Below are positions 1 to 9,064 of a stretch of DNA of 64,000 bases, piece by piece (position 1 is the stretch's first letter; every line of letters begins with the position of its first letter). Origin of the DNA: a virus (taxonomy: Duplodnaviria > Caudoviricetes); IMG/VR virus record IMGVR_UViG_3300033066_001269, positions 3,426-67,425 of that record; one strand, written 5' to 3'. The notes beneath the pieces were generated by a model, which did not search any database, had not been told where the DNA came from, and saw nothing but the letters and a program-made list of their open reading frames with translations. Position numbers and translations under genes: made by a program.

Positions 1-1
1 A

Positions 2-229
2 CAGCAAGCGCCGTCGCCGAACGCGGAGAATGGCCGGACGAACTACCGCAAGGCTGACGGGGAAGAGTCCTGCGGCAACTGCTCGGCGTACGAGGATAGC
101 GGCCAGATGGGTGAGGGGCAGTGCCGGAAGTACAGCCTTTCCTGCCGCGCGGACCATGTGTGCGACGGCCACATGGAAGGCGGCGGCGGCGAGGGGATGG
201 TGGAAGGCGCAGAAGGCGGAGAAGAATAG
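2..229 (+). CDS. Partial (5'-truncated) small Cys-motif protein
   Basis: Frame 2 is open from the window start: NYRKADGEESCGNCSAY...GQCRKY...HVCDGH, stop TAG at 227-229; not in the ORF track. Confidence 0.55.
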   Translation, partial: QQAPSPNAENGRTNYRKADGEESCGNCSAYEDSGQMGEGQCRKYSLSCRADHVCDGHMEGGGGEGMVEGAEGGEE

Positions 230-255
230 CAGTTCCGAAAGGGGGTGATCCAACC

Positions 256-303
256 TTGGCGAAGAAGATGAAAAAGGGAGGCGGCAAGAAAAAGAAGTGC
301 TAA
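256..303 (+). CDS. Putative 15-aa basic micropeptide MAKKMKKGGGKKKKC
   Basis: TTG at 256 preceded by a G-rich SD-like AAAGGGGGTGA; fills the gap before TerS. Confidence 0.35.
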   Translation: MAKKMKKGGGKKKKC

Positions 304-318
304 CTACAGCACTGCTCT

Positions 319-1164
319 ATGCCGCGCTCACAAGCATCGGAAGACCTTATGTCACCGGGAGTGATTCGAGCCCAGTTATGGGAAGCGTACAACCGGGACA
401 AACCGCTTCCGGGGACTCCGTTTACGGAGTGGTGCCAGGAACAGGCAAAGACCTTTGGCGGCGTCATCAACGCCGCTACCGTCATGTCGTGGATCGCCCA
501 CGATGTGCGGGAGTTCGAGCAGCAGGTCTCTGCAAAAAAGGCGACGCTGGCGCAAAAGATCGCCGAACTTACTGGCGCCGGCCTCGTCAAGACACTGACC
601 CGCCTGGGTGAGCTGCTGGACGCGGAGAAAGTACGGCCGGTGGTGGACAAGCAGGGCGTTCCCCAGTTTGACGCTGCCGGCAACATGATGATGATTCGGA
701 CGCCGGACAATGCGACGCGCATGGCGGCGGTCCGGATGGGCGTCGAGATCTTCGGAGCGGCGGCGCCTAAGAAAGTGGAAGTCGAGCACGGCATCAGCGA
801 GGAACTCAAGAACCTGACGGAAGCCGATATTCAGGTGAGAATTCTCGAGTGGGCGGCGACGGCGAACCGATTACTTGGCGGAGAGACAACAGCTTTTACA
901 GATCCAGAAGCAGATCGAGGCGGCAGCGCAGGAACTCATGTTCCGGAAAGCGCAAAGGGACGCCTTCTACTGGCTGACGGAACTGACGCTGACGAAGGAC
1001 GAACAGGACCTCGACGACCCGTACAAACCGTTCCCGAAAAAGGAGTACGTCCGGCTCATGCTCGAACTCATCGAGCGGGAGCCGATTCTGTTCATCGAGA
1101 AAAGTCGCACGATGCTGATGTCGTGGACGGTAAGCGGGTGGGCGGCCCACAAGGGCTTCACTAG
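319..1164 (+). CDS. Putative terminase small subunit
   Basis: Immediately upstream of TerL; helical N-terminus, then APKKVEVEHG...LKNLTEADI typical of TerS C-termini; the 3' 290 nt overlap TerL. Confidence 0.6.
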   Translation: MPRSQASEDLMSPGVIRAQLWEAYNRDKPLPGTPFTEWCQEQAKTFGGVINAATVMSWIAHDVREFEQQVSAKKATLAQKIAELTGAGLVKTLTRLGELLDAEKVRPVVDKQGVPQFDAAGNMMMIRTPDNATRMAAVRMGVEIFGAAAPKKVEVEHGISEELKNLTEADIQVRILEWAATANRLLGGETTAFTDPEADRGGSAGTHVPESAKGRLLLADGTDADEGRTGPRRPVQTVPEKGVRPAHARTHRAGADSVHREKSHDADVVDGKRVGGPQGLH

Positions 1165-1552
1165 GCCGGCGACCTGCACGGTCTTTCAGTCCAAAGACGA
1201 AGACCGCGCGATTCACGATATCGAGTACGTCAAATGCCTCTGGGAAAACAGTCCGGATTGGTTGAAGGCGCGCTGGCCGCTCGAACGGCCGCTCGACCGT
1301 CAGGCGTTGACGGAGCTGAAGGCGGCGAACGGAAGCCGCTGGGTAGCGATTCCCGGAGATCCGGACAAGGTTCGATCGGAGCACCCGACGATCTACGTCC
1401 AGGACGAAGCGGCGATCATTCCGCACGGGGAGGAGAGCTACAACGTGGCGAAAGCGGCAAAACCCCTGTGGATTGTGGCGCTGTCGTCGGCCAAGCCGGG
1501 GTGGTTTCAGGCAGTGACCGAGGAGGCGAAGCCGGCAGCGTGGCCCGCGTGA
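875..1552 (+). CDS. Terminase large subunit, N-terminal ATPase half
   Basis: Walker A-like EKSRTMLMSW, Walker B IYVQDEAA, coupling motif SSA then PGWF; stops at 1552 with no nuclease domain. Confidence 0.85.
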   Translation: MAERQQLLQIQKQIEAAAQELMFRKAQRDAFYWLTELTLTKDEQDLDDPYKPFPKKEYVRLMLELIEREPILFIEKSRTMLMSWTVSGWAAHKGFTRPATCTVFQSKDEDRAIHDIEYVKCLWENSPDWLKARWPLERPLDRQALTELKAANGSRWVAIPGDPDKVRSEHPTIYVQDEAAIIPHGEESYNVAKAAKPLWIVALSSAKPGWFQAVTEEAKPAAWPA

Positions 1553-1585
1553 TCGGCAAAGATTTCGTAACTGGACGGCTTTTTT

Positions 1586-2500
1586 ATGCCTGAAATCAGA
1601 ATCGACGGGCCGGATGATAACGGCGGACTGGGAAGCACGGGATCGAAACAAAGCTTGAAAACCGTCCTTTTTAGCCCGGTATGCACGTCGCCCGCGATCC
1701 TTCGCGAAACGCTGCCGGACTGGTTCGCTCTCCGCGGAGTAGATGAGATCTGGGTCTACGACGACAACAAAGACCCGGAATCGAGCGAGATTCTGAAGAA
1801 GGCGAAGGTCAAGATTCTGCCGGCGGAAGACCTTTTGCTATCGTCCCGCGAGAACAGCGAGTACAGCACCGACGAGATTACGCACCGGTGGACAAAAGAT
1901 TCTGTCAAGCGGGTCACCCAGATCAAGGACTTCGCTATCTATCTTGCGGGCAAGGCAAAAGCGAACCTGTTCCTGATCGACGCTGACGTAGCTCCGCATC
2001 CGGATACGGTTGCCAACTTGGCCGAGGAGAGCGGATGCCACCCAAGAGCAACGATCGTCGGGGAGGTGTTCTGGACGCAGTGGGCTCCGGGCCAGCCGTA
2101 TTTGCCAAATGCGTGGATGACTCATCCCTACAATTTCAACGGTCCGGACTCTCTCATTAATTTAGCGAAGGGATACCCAATCCAGCATGTTGGAGGGATC
2201 GGAGCGTGTACATACATCCCCAGAAGTGCCATGGAGAAGGGTCTTGCTTTTAAACCAATTGTTGGGATCCCTGAATCGTGGTGGGAAGACCGAACTTTCT
2301 GTATCCGAGCGGCGGCGAAAGGGGTACGGCTCCTCGCCAGCACGACACACCCACCATTCCACATCTACCGCGAGTCGATGATTCCCGAGTGTAAGGACTG
2401 GAAGAAGGCTGGCCGGTCCAAGGAATGGTTTCTCAAGAACTGGCTTACTGACCAATGGCGGCAACAGGTAACGGATCTTCTATCGCCCAAGCCGCAGTAG
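1586..2500 (+). CDS. GT-A fold (GT2-like) glycosyltransferase inserted between the TerL halves
   Basis: VYDDN, DxD motif LFLIDADV, EVFWTQW, VGGIGACTYI, WEDRTFCIRAAAKG and PFHIYR motifs typical of GT2-like enzymes. Confidence 0.8.
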   Translation: MPEIRIDGPDDNGGLGSTGSKQSLKTVLFSPVCTSPAILRETLPDWFALRGVDEIWVYDDNKDPESSEILKKAKVKILPAEDLLLSSRENSEYSTDEITHRWTKDSVKRVTQIKDFAIYLAGKAKANLFLIDADVAPHPDTVANLAEESGCHPRATIVGEVFWTQWAPGQPYLPNAWMTHPYNFNGPDSLINLAKGYPIQHVGGIGACTYIPRSAMEKGLAFKPIVGIPESWWEDRTFCIRAAAKGVRLLASTTHPPFHIYRESMIPECKDWKKAGRSKEWFLKNWLTDQWRQQVTDLLSPKPQ

Positions 2501-3444
2501 GCCGCGGCGCTCCTCCGTTGGGACCGTCAAGCCCGCTGCCCGGGCTGGGGTTCCGGCGAACGGCGAACGGCATTGCGGTGGCGCGCGTCCACTGGTCCGC
2601 GGATCCGGACAAGACGCAGGCCTGGGCGGAGAAGGAGTTCGCCGGCTATACCGATAAGGCGTTCTGGCTCCAGGAAATGGAGATCCAGTACGACGCCCGG
2701 GACGGCCAGCGGGTCTATCCAGAGTTCGACACTTCGGTCCATGTGATCACGCGGGAGGAGATGCCGCCGCGGATGACCCGGTACATGGCGATCGACCCTC
2801 ACCCGCGCACGCCGCACGCGATGTTGTGGGTGGGCATTGATCAGTGGTCGGACTGGTACGTCTATCGGGAACTGTGGCCGTCGATCATCTGCGGGCTGCC
2901 GAAAGCGCTCAAGGACACCGACGAGGAGAATTCGTTCACCATCCGGGACTACGCGGAAACGATGGCGGTGCTCGAAGGGAACGAACTGGAGTGGCACAAT
3001 CCTGAAACCGACCGGGAATACGGCATTTATCGAATGCGCGCGGGCGGGGAAAAGATCGTTTACCGGTTCATGGACCAGGCGGGGAAAGCGTTCCGCGCTA
3101 CCGGCGAGGGACAACAAGCGGAATCCTACGCCCAGCGGTATGCCCGGTTCGGCGTTCAGTGCCAGGACCCGCTCAAGAAACACGAAGCGGGCGAGGATGC
3201 GATTCGGAAGCTCCTGAAGCCCCGCAAGCACGATATCCGGGGAACGTGGCCCAAGCTGCATATCTCGGCGGATTGCCCCGAGTTGATTTTGGAGTTCCAG
3301 AAGTATAAGTACAAGTCGATGAAACGGCTGAATGCGGAAAAGGAACTCTACCAGGACGGGGTAGAAGCCCGCTGTCACCTCCTGGACGACCTACGGTATC
3401 TCGCGACGGCGGATATCGGTTACATCCCCACGATGGTGAGCTGA
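2455..3444 (+). CDS. Terminase large subunit, C-terminal RNase H-like nuclease half (start uncertain: ATG 2455 or TTG 2518)
   Basis: VHWSADP, WLQEMEI, VYPEFD, acidic catalytic motif MAIDPH, C-terminal HLLDDLRY. Confidence 0.85.
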   Translation: MAATGNGSSIAQAAVGRGAPPLGPSSPLPGLGFRRTANGIAVARVHWSADPDKTQAWAEKEFAGYTDKAFWLQEMEIQYDARDGQRVYPEFDTSVHVITREEMPPRMTRYMAIDPHPRTPHAMLWVGIDQWSDWYVYRELWPSIICGLPKALKDTDEENSFTIRDYAETMAVLEGNELEWHNPETDREYGIYRMRAGGEKIVYRFMDQAGKAFRATGEGQQAESYAQRYARFGVQCQDPLKKHEAGEDAIRKLLKPRKHDIRGTWPKLHISADCPELILEFQKYKYKSMKRLNAEKELYQDGVEARCHLLDDLRYLATADIGYIPTMVS

Positions 3445-3451
3445 GGAACTT

Positions 3452-3835
3452 ATGGAATTTACTCGTTTGATGGATTGCGGCGACGGGTTTCGTCGCGCTG
3501 ACAACGGTTGCGTGGCGACGGATATTCTCGCCAAGACGGCCGATTACACGATCAAGGCTCTCGACACCGGCAAGATCTTCACCAACCGGGGGGCATCCGG
3601 CGCGGTTGCGTTCAACCTGCCTGCCCCCAAGAAAGGCATGTGGGTAGGCTTCCAAAAGGCGGTGAACAACCAGAACATGGTCGTCAACACCGACGTCGCT
3701 GCCACGAAGATCCACAACCTGACGCAGGGCGTGACCTTGACGAACAGCACTACCGAGTACGGTTATTGCGAGATCTTCTCCGACGGGACCGCGTGGTTCG
3801 TCCGCAACATCCGCGGAACCTGGGCCGTTAGCTAA
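3452..3835 (+). CDS. Small beta-rich virion protein (head decoration/fibre-like)
   Basis: KTADYTI...FTNRGASGAVAFNLPA pattern; lies between TerL and portal. Confidence 0.45.
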   Translation: MEFTRLMDCGDGFRRADNGCVATDILAKTADYTIKALDTGKIFTNRGASGAVAFNLPAPKKGMWVGFQKAVNNQNMVVNTDVAATKIHNLTQGVTLTNSTTEYGYCEIFSDGTAWFVRNIRGTWAVS

Positions 3836-3841
3836 TTATTC

Positions 3842-5845
3842 ATGTCCGACCGTTCCAAAGCGTCCGAAATTCAGGAGCAAAAGAAGTTATCCCGTGACTG
3901 GCTCACGGATAACTTCTATCCGCAGTGGGAGCGGGCTTACAAGAACTATAAGCTCGAGCCCGACCCGGAGATTGGTCCCGATGGCAAGGTCGACACCGAG
4001 CTGACCTCCATCGGTATGCCGGATACGTGGTCGTTCGCGCGCCGCCAGGTGGCGCGGGTGACGGCGCAGATTCCCAACTTCAAGTTCCGATCGCGGTACG
4101 AAGAGGTGGGGAACCTGATCAGCCGGACGCTGATGTACCAGTGGGACCGAGCAGGGATTCAGCGGCTGCAGAAACGCCACGCCCTGCAGGCGACCATCTT
4201 CGGGTGGAGCCCGCGCCCGTGGTACTGGCTGGTGGACGAGGGAGTCAGTTCGAAGCGTGTCAACATCCTCGACCCGGAACTGGATCCGGTGTCCCTGGAT
4301 CAGGTGGCGAGGACGTACGAGGTCGACACCAAGGCGCTCATGGACGCCCAGCAAGGGCCGGTCCTGCGGGCGCAACTGCTGGCGGAGAAGGGCCGCGGCG
4401 GGCTGCTGCCGGTCAAGTACACGTACAAGTACTACGAGGGGCCGAAGGCGGACTTCCTGTTCGTGGGCGATTGCTATCCCGAGCCGGACTTCGAGTCGAT
4501 TCAGACCTCGCAGTGGTTCATTGTGGAGCGACGGCGGGATAAGGCCTTCTTGAAGCGGCTGGTGACGGCATATCCCCAGTTCGCCAAGGGCGTGCAAACG
4601 TTGCTTGAGAAGAACCCAAAGGGCAGCGTTCGGTACCACCAAAGCAACGAGACGGATGACTTCCGCCGGCGGCTGGAATCCGCGATCGGCCGGACGCGGA
4701 ACTTCGACGACTTGAACGAAATCTCGGGCGAGTGGACCATCACGGAGCGCCACATCCCGGGGGACAACCCGAAGTTGGCGCTGGTGGCCGAGGACTCCAT
4801 CTTCCTCGGCGAGATCGACTACCCGTACGATCTGGCGGGCAAGATCGCCTTCACGGAGTGCGTGCTGATCGACGATCTCCTCTGTGGCATCGGGGACTCG
4901 ATTCCGCGCGTGATGCGCGGGCTACAGCTTCTCCACGAGAGGCAAGTCTGCCGGCGCGTCGACCTGGTGCACAACATCCTCCGCCCGCTGATCGGGACCA
5001 GCAACCGGGAACTCTATGAGGACCCGGGCCTCATCAAGCGCCATGGCGGTTTCCGCATGGTGTGGATGCGTGGGCAGGGTGACCTGTGGGTACAGCCGGA
5101 GCAAGCGGCGATGGCGGCCGCGGCGGTCGGTCTCAATGACGAGGCCGGCTTGATGCGGTTGTACCAGATGCTCACCGGCGACACGAACATGAGCATGGCG
5201 GCGAACGTGGATCCGCAACAAGGGCGGACCGCGACCGGCGCCCGCATCATGCAGGTCAATCAGGACATCCTGACCAAGGATCTGAACGACTCGATGGCGT
5301 ATAGTTCGCTCTCCGCGGATGGGGAAATGATGCGCCTGCTCAACCGCGCGGAGCTGAGCGAGCCGATTGAGTTCAACGAAGCGCCGTATAAGAGGATCTA
5401 CGCCAAGGAGGAAGACTCCTGGAAAGACGCCTGGGTGAAGATTGAGCCGCTGCAGTTCCAGGTAGACGGAGAAATCGTCGCGGAAGTCGGGTCCACGATC
5501 GCCGACGACGACGAAACGCGGGTAGCGAAGGCGACCAACCTGTATCAAGCCGCCATGGCGAGCCCGAACCTTTTCAATTTAGAGACAGCACGAGACGAGT
5601 TCCTCATCGCCCACGGCAAAGGTCCGGAGATCGCGAAGTGGCGGGCACAACCCCAGCCGCCGGCGCCGGAGATGCGGTCCAGTCTCTCGATCGCGGTGAA
5701 ATTTGAAAGCCTCTCAGCGGAAGCGCAAGCGGAAGTCCTTGGCAAAGCAGGTATCGCGGCGCCGGACGGGCCGGCGATGCAGCGAGCGCAAAGCGGACTC
5801 CCGCTAACACAGACGCAGCCGCCGCAGGAAGGACCGGTGCAATGA
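3842..5845 (+). CDS. Portal protein
   Basis: 667 aa after TerL and before scaffold and MCP; GRTATGA motif and helical composition typical of podovirus portals. Confidence 0.8.
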   Translation: MSDRSKASEIQEQKKLSRDWLTDNFYPQWERAYKNYKLEPDPEIGPDGKVDTELTSIGMPDTWSFARRQVARVTAQIPNFKFRSRYEEVGNLISRTLMYQWDRAGIQRLQKRHALQATIFGWSPRPWYWLVDEGVSSKRVNILDPELDPVSLDQVARTYEVDTKALMDAQQGPVLRAQLLAEKGRGGLLPVKYTYKYYEGPKADFLFVGDCYPEPDFESIQTSQWFIVERRRDKAFLKRLVTAYPQFAKGVQTLLEKNPKGSVRYHQSNETDDFRRRLESAIGRTRNFDDLNEISGEWTITERHIPGDNPKLALVAEDSIFLGEIDYPYDLAGKIAFTECVLIDDLLCGIGDSIPRVMRGLQLLHERQVCRRVDLVHNILRPLIGTSNRELYEDPGLIKRHGGFRMVWMRGQGDLWVQPEQAAMAAAAVGLNDEAGLMRLYQMLTGDTNMSMAANVDPQQGRTATGARIMQVNQDILTKDLNDSMAYSSLSADGEMMRLLNRAELSEPIEFNEAPYKRIYAKEEDSWKDAWVKIEPLQFQVDGEIVAEVGSTIADDDETRVAKATNLYQAAMASPNLFNLETARDEFLIAHGKGPEIAKWRAQPQPPAPEMRSSLSIAVKFESLSAEAQAEVLGKAGIAAPDGPAMQRAQSGLPLTQTQPPQEGPVQ

Positions 5846-6150
5846 GCAATTGGAAAGAACTCCTGGGAATCGGCCGGAAGGAGGCAACTCCACCGCCGCC
5901 TACGCCGGGATTCGGACCGCTCACCGCGGAAGAGACTGAGTTTCTGAAGCAGATCGTCAAGAACGATGGGTTCATGGCGGTGCTTCGCAAGGTTATGCAC
6001 TATGAGGCAGTAGCGCAGGACGCCTACACGCGGTCCCAGTTACTGACCGGCACGCAGGTGGACGCCACCAAGTCCGCCGCGGCCGCGGAAGCGCTGTCGA
6101 GCGTTCCGTCTATCCTCATCCAGCACACGAACTTAAAGCCGAGAGGCTAA
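5842..6150 (+). CDS. Hypothetical head-module protein
   Basis: ATGA overlap with the portal stop; 102 aa. Confidence 0.6.
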   Translation: MSNWKELLGIGRKEATPPPPTPGFGPLTAEETEFLKQIVKNDGFMAVLRKVMHYEAVAQDAYTRSQLLTGTQVDATKSAAAAEALSSVPSILIQHTNLKPRG

Positions 6151-6181
6151 TCCCACCCGGGGACCACCCCGAGGAGAATCA

Positions 6182-7321
6182 ATGCCAGATAACGTCATCA
6201 ATGACGCGGGTACGACTGTATTCGACGTTGCCAACGATCCCAGTTTCCAAGACTCTGGAGCCAACGACGACCTATTCAACGGTCCGGCCGAAGGGTCAGA
6301 CTCGCAAGAGGGGTCTGGGGACGACGAAGCAGTAGCCGAAAGCACGGAGACCACTCCGGACAAGGATGAGTTCCTAGAAGACTTTCTCAAAAAGCTCGGG
6401 GTCAACAATCCCAATGACCCAAGCGAATTGGCGAAGGTCGACGTCAACAAGCTGCTGAAGCGGCTGTCTGACCAGGACAAGCACATCCGGACGCTAAAGC
6501 AGACGCCCGCGGAAAAAGAACCGGACATCGACTGGACCGAGGGGCTTCAACTCCCGAAAGAGGCCAAGGCGGAGGAGGCTACCCCCGAGCCAAAAGCCGC
6601 GGAAGCAGCCCTGGACGACATCGGCAAGGGGTGGAAAGCGCCGGTCGATGCGATTCGGGACGAGAATGCAGCCTTTGAGAGCGGAGAGTTCGAGAAGGTT
6701 GCAGAGATTCGTCAGGCCGCGCTGATCCGCCATTTCAATGCCATGGTGGGGCCGCACCTGAAGGACCTCACCACCCGATTGGCCCAGTTCGAGCAGAAGT
6801 ACGGCGACGTCACCGAGCAGACGAAGAAGTCTCTGGAAACTCAACAACGCCAGGAGGATCAAAACTTCGCGTTAGAGAGCGTCAAGAGGGACCAATCCCT
6901 CGGTGAAGCGATCGGAGCGCTATTTGCTCCCGCTGCCGAAGGAGAAACGGTGGAGTTCAAGGGGCAGAAGTTCCCCGCCACCCCGTTCAACAAGATCGTC
7001 GTCGACAACCCGTGGTTGCTGGATATTCAGGTGCAAGACGAGAATCCGCGCATCGCCGTGCGGAAGACGTATGCCGCCCGGTACCGGGCTGCCGCCAAGA
7101 TCTACCAGACAGCCAATCAGCAAGACCCCAAGAAAGCGATAAGCCTGGTGAAGGCCGGCCGCGACATGGAACGTCGCCGCCAGGACACCGATCGAGTCCG
7201 CCAGTCGCTCAACGCAGGTAAGGGGGCCACGACACAGACCAATAAGCCGCGCAAGGACTATGCGCATGAGGTCATGGACGCGACCTCGGACAGTTTCAAC
7301 GTACTGAACGACATCTGGTAG
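6182..7321 (+). CDS. Capsid scaffolding protein
   Basis: Acidic low-complexity N-terminus and coiled coils; directly before MCP; SD GAGGAG. Confidence 0.7.
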   Translation: MPDNVINDAGTTVFDVANDPSFQDSGANDDLFNGPAEGSDSQEGSGDDEAVAESTETTPDKDEFLEDFLKKLGVNNPNDPSELAKVDVNKLLKRLSDQDKHIRTLKQTPAEKEPDIDWTEGLQLPKEAKAEEATPEPKAAEAALDDIGKGWKAPVDAIRDENAAFESGEFEKVAEIRQAALIRHFNAMVGPHLKDLTTRLAQFEQKYGDVTEQTKKSLETQQRQEDQNFALESVKRDQSLGEAIGALFAPAAEGETVEFKGQKFPATPFNKIVVDNPWLLDIQVQDENPRIAVRKTYAARYRAAAKIYQTANQQDPKKAISLVKAGRDMERRRQDTDRVRQSLNAGKGATTQTNKPRKDYAHEVMDATSDSFNVLNDIW

Positions 7322-7351
7322 CGACCATCGACCTCGCAATGAGGTAGACAA

Positions 7352-8566
7352 ATGGCCCAAATCATTGGGGTCCGCAATACCAATCAGGCAGTCTCCGAAG
7401 AGCGCCTGATTCGTGACGTATACCCGGATATCTCTCTGTTAGATCCGGATATCGCTCCGCTCGTGACGCTCACGATGCAACTGAAGGGGCGAAAGGATTC
7501 GGTACAGACGCCGCGCCTGGAGTGGTACGAAGACGACTACGCCGCGCGCTGGGCACAGAACAGTTCCTCGGCCGTCGCCAACAACACCAACAGCACCACC
7601 ATCACCGTCACGGACGGAACCCTATTTGTTGCTGGCGATATGTTCGTGGTTCCCAAGTCCTCGGGGTCCGGAGCGCCGGAACTGATCCGCGTCGTTTCGG
7701 TCTCGAGCAATACCCTGACCGTGAAGCGCGACGTGGGCGGCATCGGCGCCGATACCATCCCGGCAAACTGCGCGCTCCGGCTGGCTGGCAAGGCGTTCGA
7801 GGAAAACTCCTCGCTGCCGTCCGCCAAGACCACCGCGCCGACCAAGAAGACCTCGTATCTCCAGATCTTCCGGACCGTTACGAACTTCTCGAACACCAAC
7901 ATCGCTACCAAGCAGTACGGCGCCCCGAGCGGCGATCGCGCTCGCGTCCACCGCAAGAAACTGGTGGAGCACAAGGAGCAGATGAACGCGGCGCTCCTGT
8001 GGGGACAGGCTTCTGAGTCCCTGACCGGCGGCCCGACCAGCCAACCCATCCGCACCACCCAGGGATTGCGCTCGGTCATCTCCAGCAATATCACCGACGC
8101 AGGCGGCACACTCACCCGCAAGACCTTTGAAGGCTTCGCCCGCAACGTGTTCCGTTACGGAAGCTCGAAGAAGATCCTCTTGGCGGCCCCGGTCCTCTGC
8201 GGCGCCATCGGCGAATGGGCGACCAGTTTTCTGAACGTCTCCCCGGGAGAAACCCGGTTCGGCGTGAAGATCAACAAGATTGAAACCGCTCACGGCGAGT
8301 TCATGCTGGTCCGCGATTGGATGCTCGAAAACGGCATCTCCGGTCAGTCTGGGTTCGGCGGCATGGCGTTCGCCATCGACATGGACCAGATCTTCTACCG
8401 CTACCTCGCCGGCAACGGGGAGAACCGCGACACGAAGGTCATGAAAGACGTGGTGAAGGATGGAACCGACGGTAAGCGGGACGAGATCCTGACCGAAGCC
8501 GGTTTCATGATCATGCAGGAAAAGCGCCACGGCATGTTGTACAACATCACCGACTACATGGCCTAA
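7352..8566 (+). CDS. Major capsid protein (HK97 fold, DUF5309/SU10-like)
   Basis: DIAPLVTL, LEWYED, YLQIFRT, RTTQGL, EAGFMIMQEKRHG motifs; 404 aa with an inserted beta domain; SD GAGGT. Confidence 0.85.
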   Translation: MAQIIGVRNTNQAVSEERLIRDVYPDISLLDPDIAPLVTLTMQLKGRKDSVQTPRLEWYEDDYAARWAQNSSSAVANNTNSTTITVTDGTLFVAGDMFVVPKSSGSGAPELIRVVSVSSNTLTVKRDVGGIGADTIPANCALRLAGKAFEENSSLPSAKTTAPTKKTSYLQIFRTVTNFSNTNIATKQYGAPSGDRARVHRKKLVEHKEQMNAALLWGQASESLTGGPTSQPIRTTQGLRSVISSNITDAGGTLTRKTFEGFARNVFRYGSSKKILLAAPVLCGAIGEWATSFLNVSPGETRFGVKINKIETAHGEFMLVRDWMLENGISGQSGFGGMAFAIDMDQIFYRYLAGNGENRDTKVMKDVVKDGTDGKRDEILTEAGFMIMQEKRHGMLYNITDYMA

Positions 8567-8592
8567 TCGGCCTCTGTAGCTCAAATCAACGC

Positions 8593-8614
8593 GGGGGCGG
8601 CTCCGGCTGCCCCC
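8593..8614 (+). terminator. GC-rich stem-loop after MCP, possible attenuator/terminator
   Basis: GGGGGCGGC-TCCG-GCTGCCCCC; lacks a clear U-tract. Confidence 0.45.
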
Positions 8615-8633
8615 TGAACCTATCAGGAGTTCA

Positions 8634-9014
8634 ATGGAAACGAAGGCTTATTATTCCCGCTCAAAGTTCCTCCAGTTCCCCGCGGGGAAGGCATACCGTG
8701 CCTTAGAAAACGGTATTTCGGTGGTGATCGATCCGCCCTACGTTCAGTTCCAACCCTACGGTTCGGATGACTGGGGCAGGTTTCTGACCGATGACCCCAA
8801 AGTCGTCGAGCATATCGAAGCGCGGCGGAAGAGACAGATCGAAGAAGGATCTTCGCCGGATGTGCTGACGCCGGAAGAATACTCCGCCGCGATCCTCCCG
8901 ATGGAGATGAAGATGCAGGGGCTTGAAAGCGAGAACGCCCGGCTCTTGCGAATGATCGAAGATCGGAACGCCCTCATCACAAAGCTTGAGTCCGAGGGCA
9001 AGTTACGCAAGTAG
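8634..9014 (+). CDS. Hypothetical protein with a C-terminal coiled coil
   Basis: SD AGGAG; 126 aa. Confidence 0.65.
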   Translation: METKAYYSRSKFLQFPAGKAYRALENGISVVIDPPYVQFQPYGSDDWGRFLTDDPKVVEHIEARRKRQIEEGSSPDVLTPEEYSAAILPMEMKMQGLESENARLLRMIEDRNALITKLESEGKLRK

Positions 9015-9064
9015 ACGTTTTTGTCCTGACCTACTCGGAGTGGCCGAAAACCGCTCGGCAGGCA

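Noticed and set aside
1553-2520. Group I intron or intein interrupting terL
   Set aside because: Non-coding flanks are too short for a ribozyme core, the insert encodes a GT rather than a homing endonuclease, and stops plus a frame change exclude an intein
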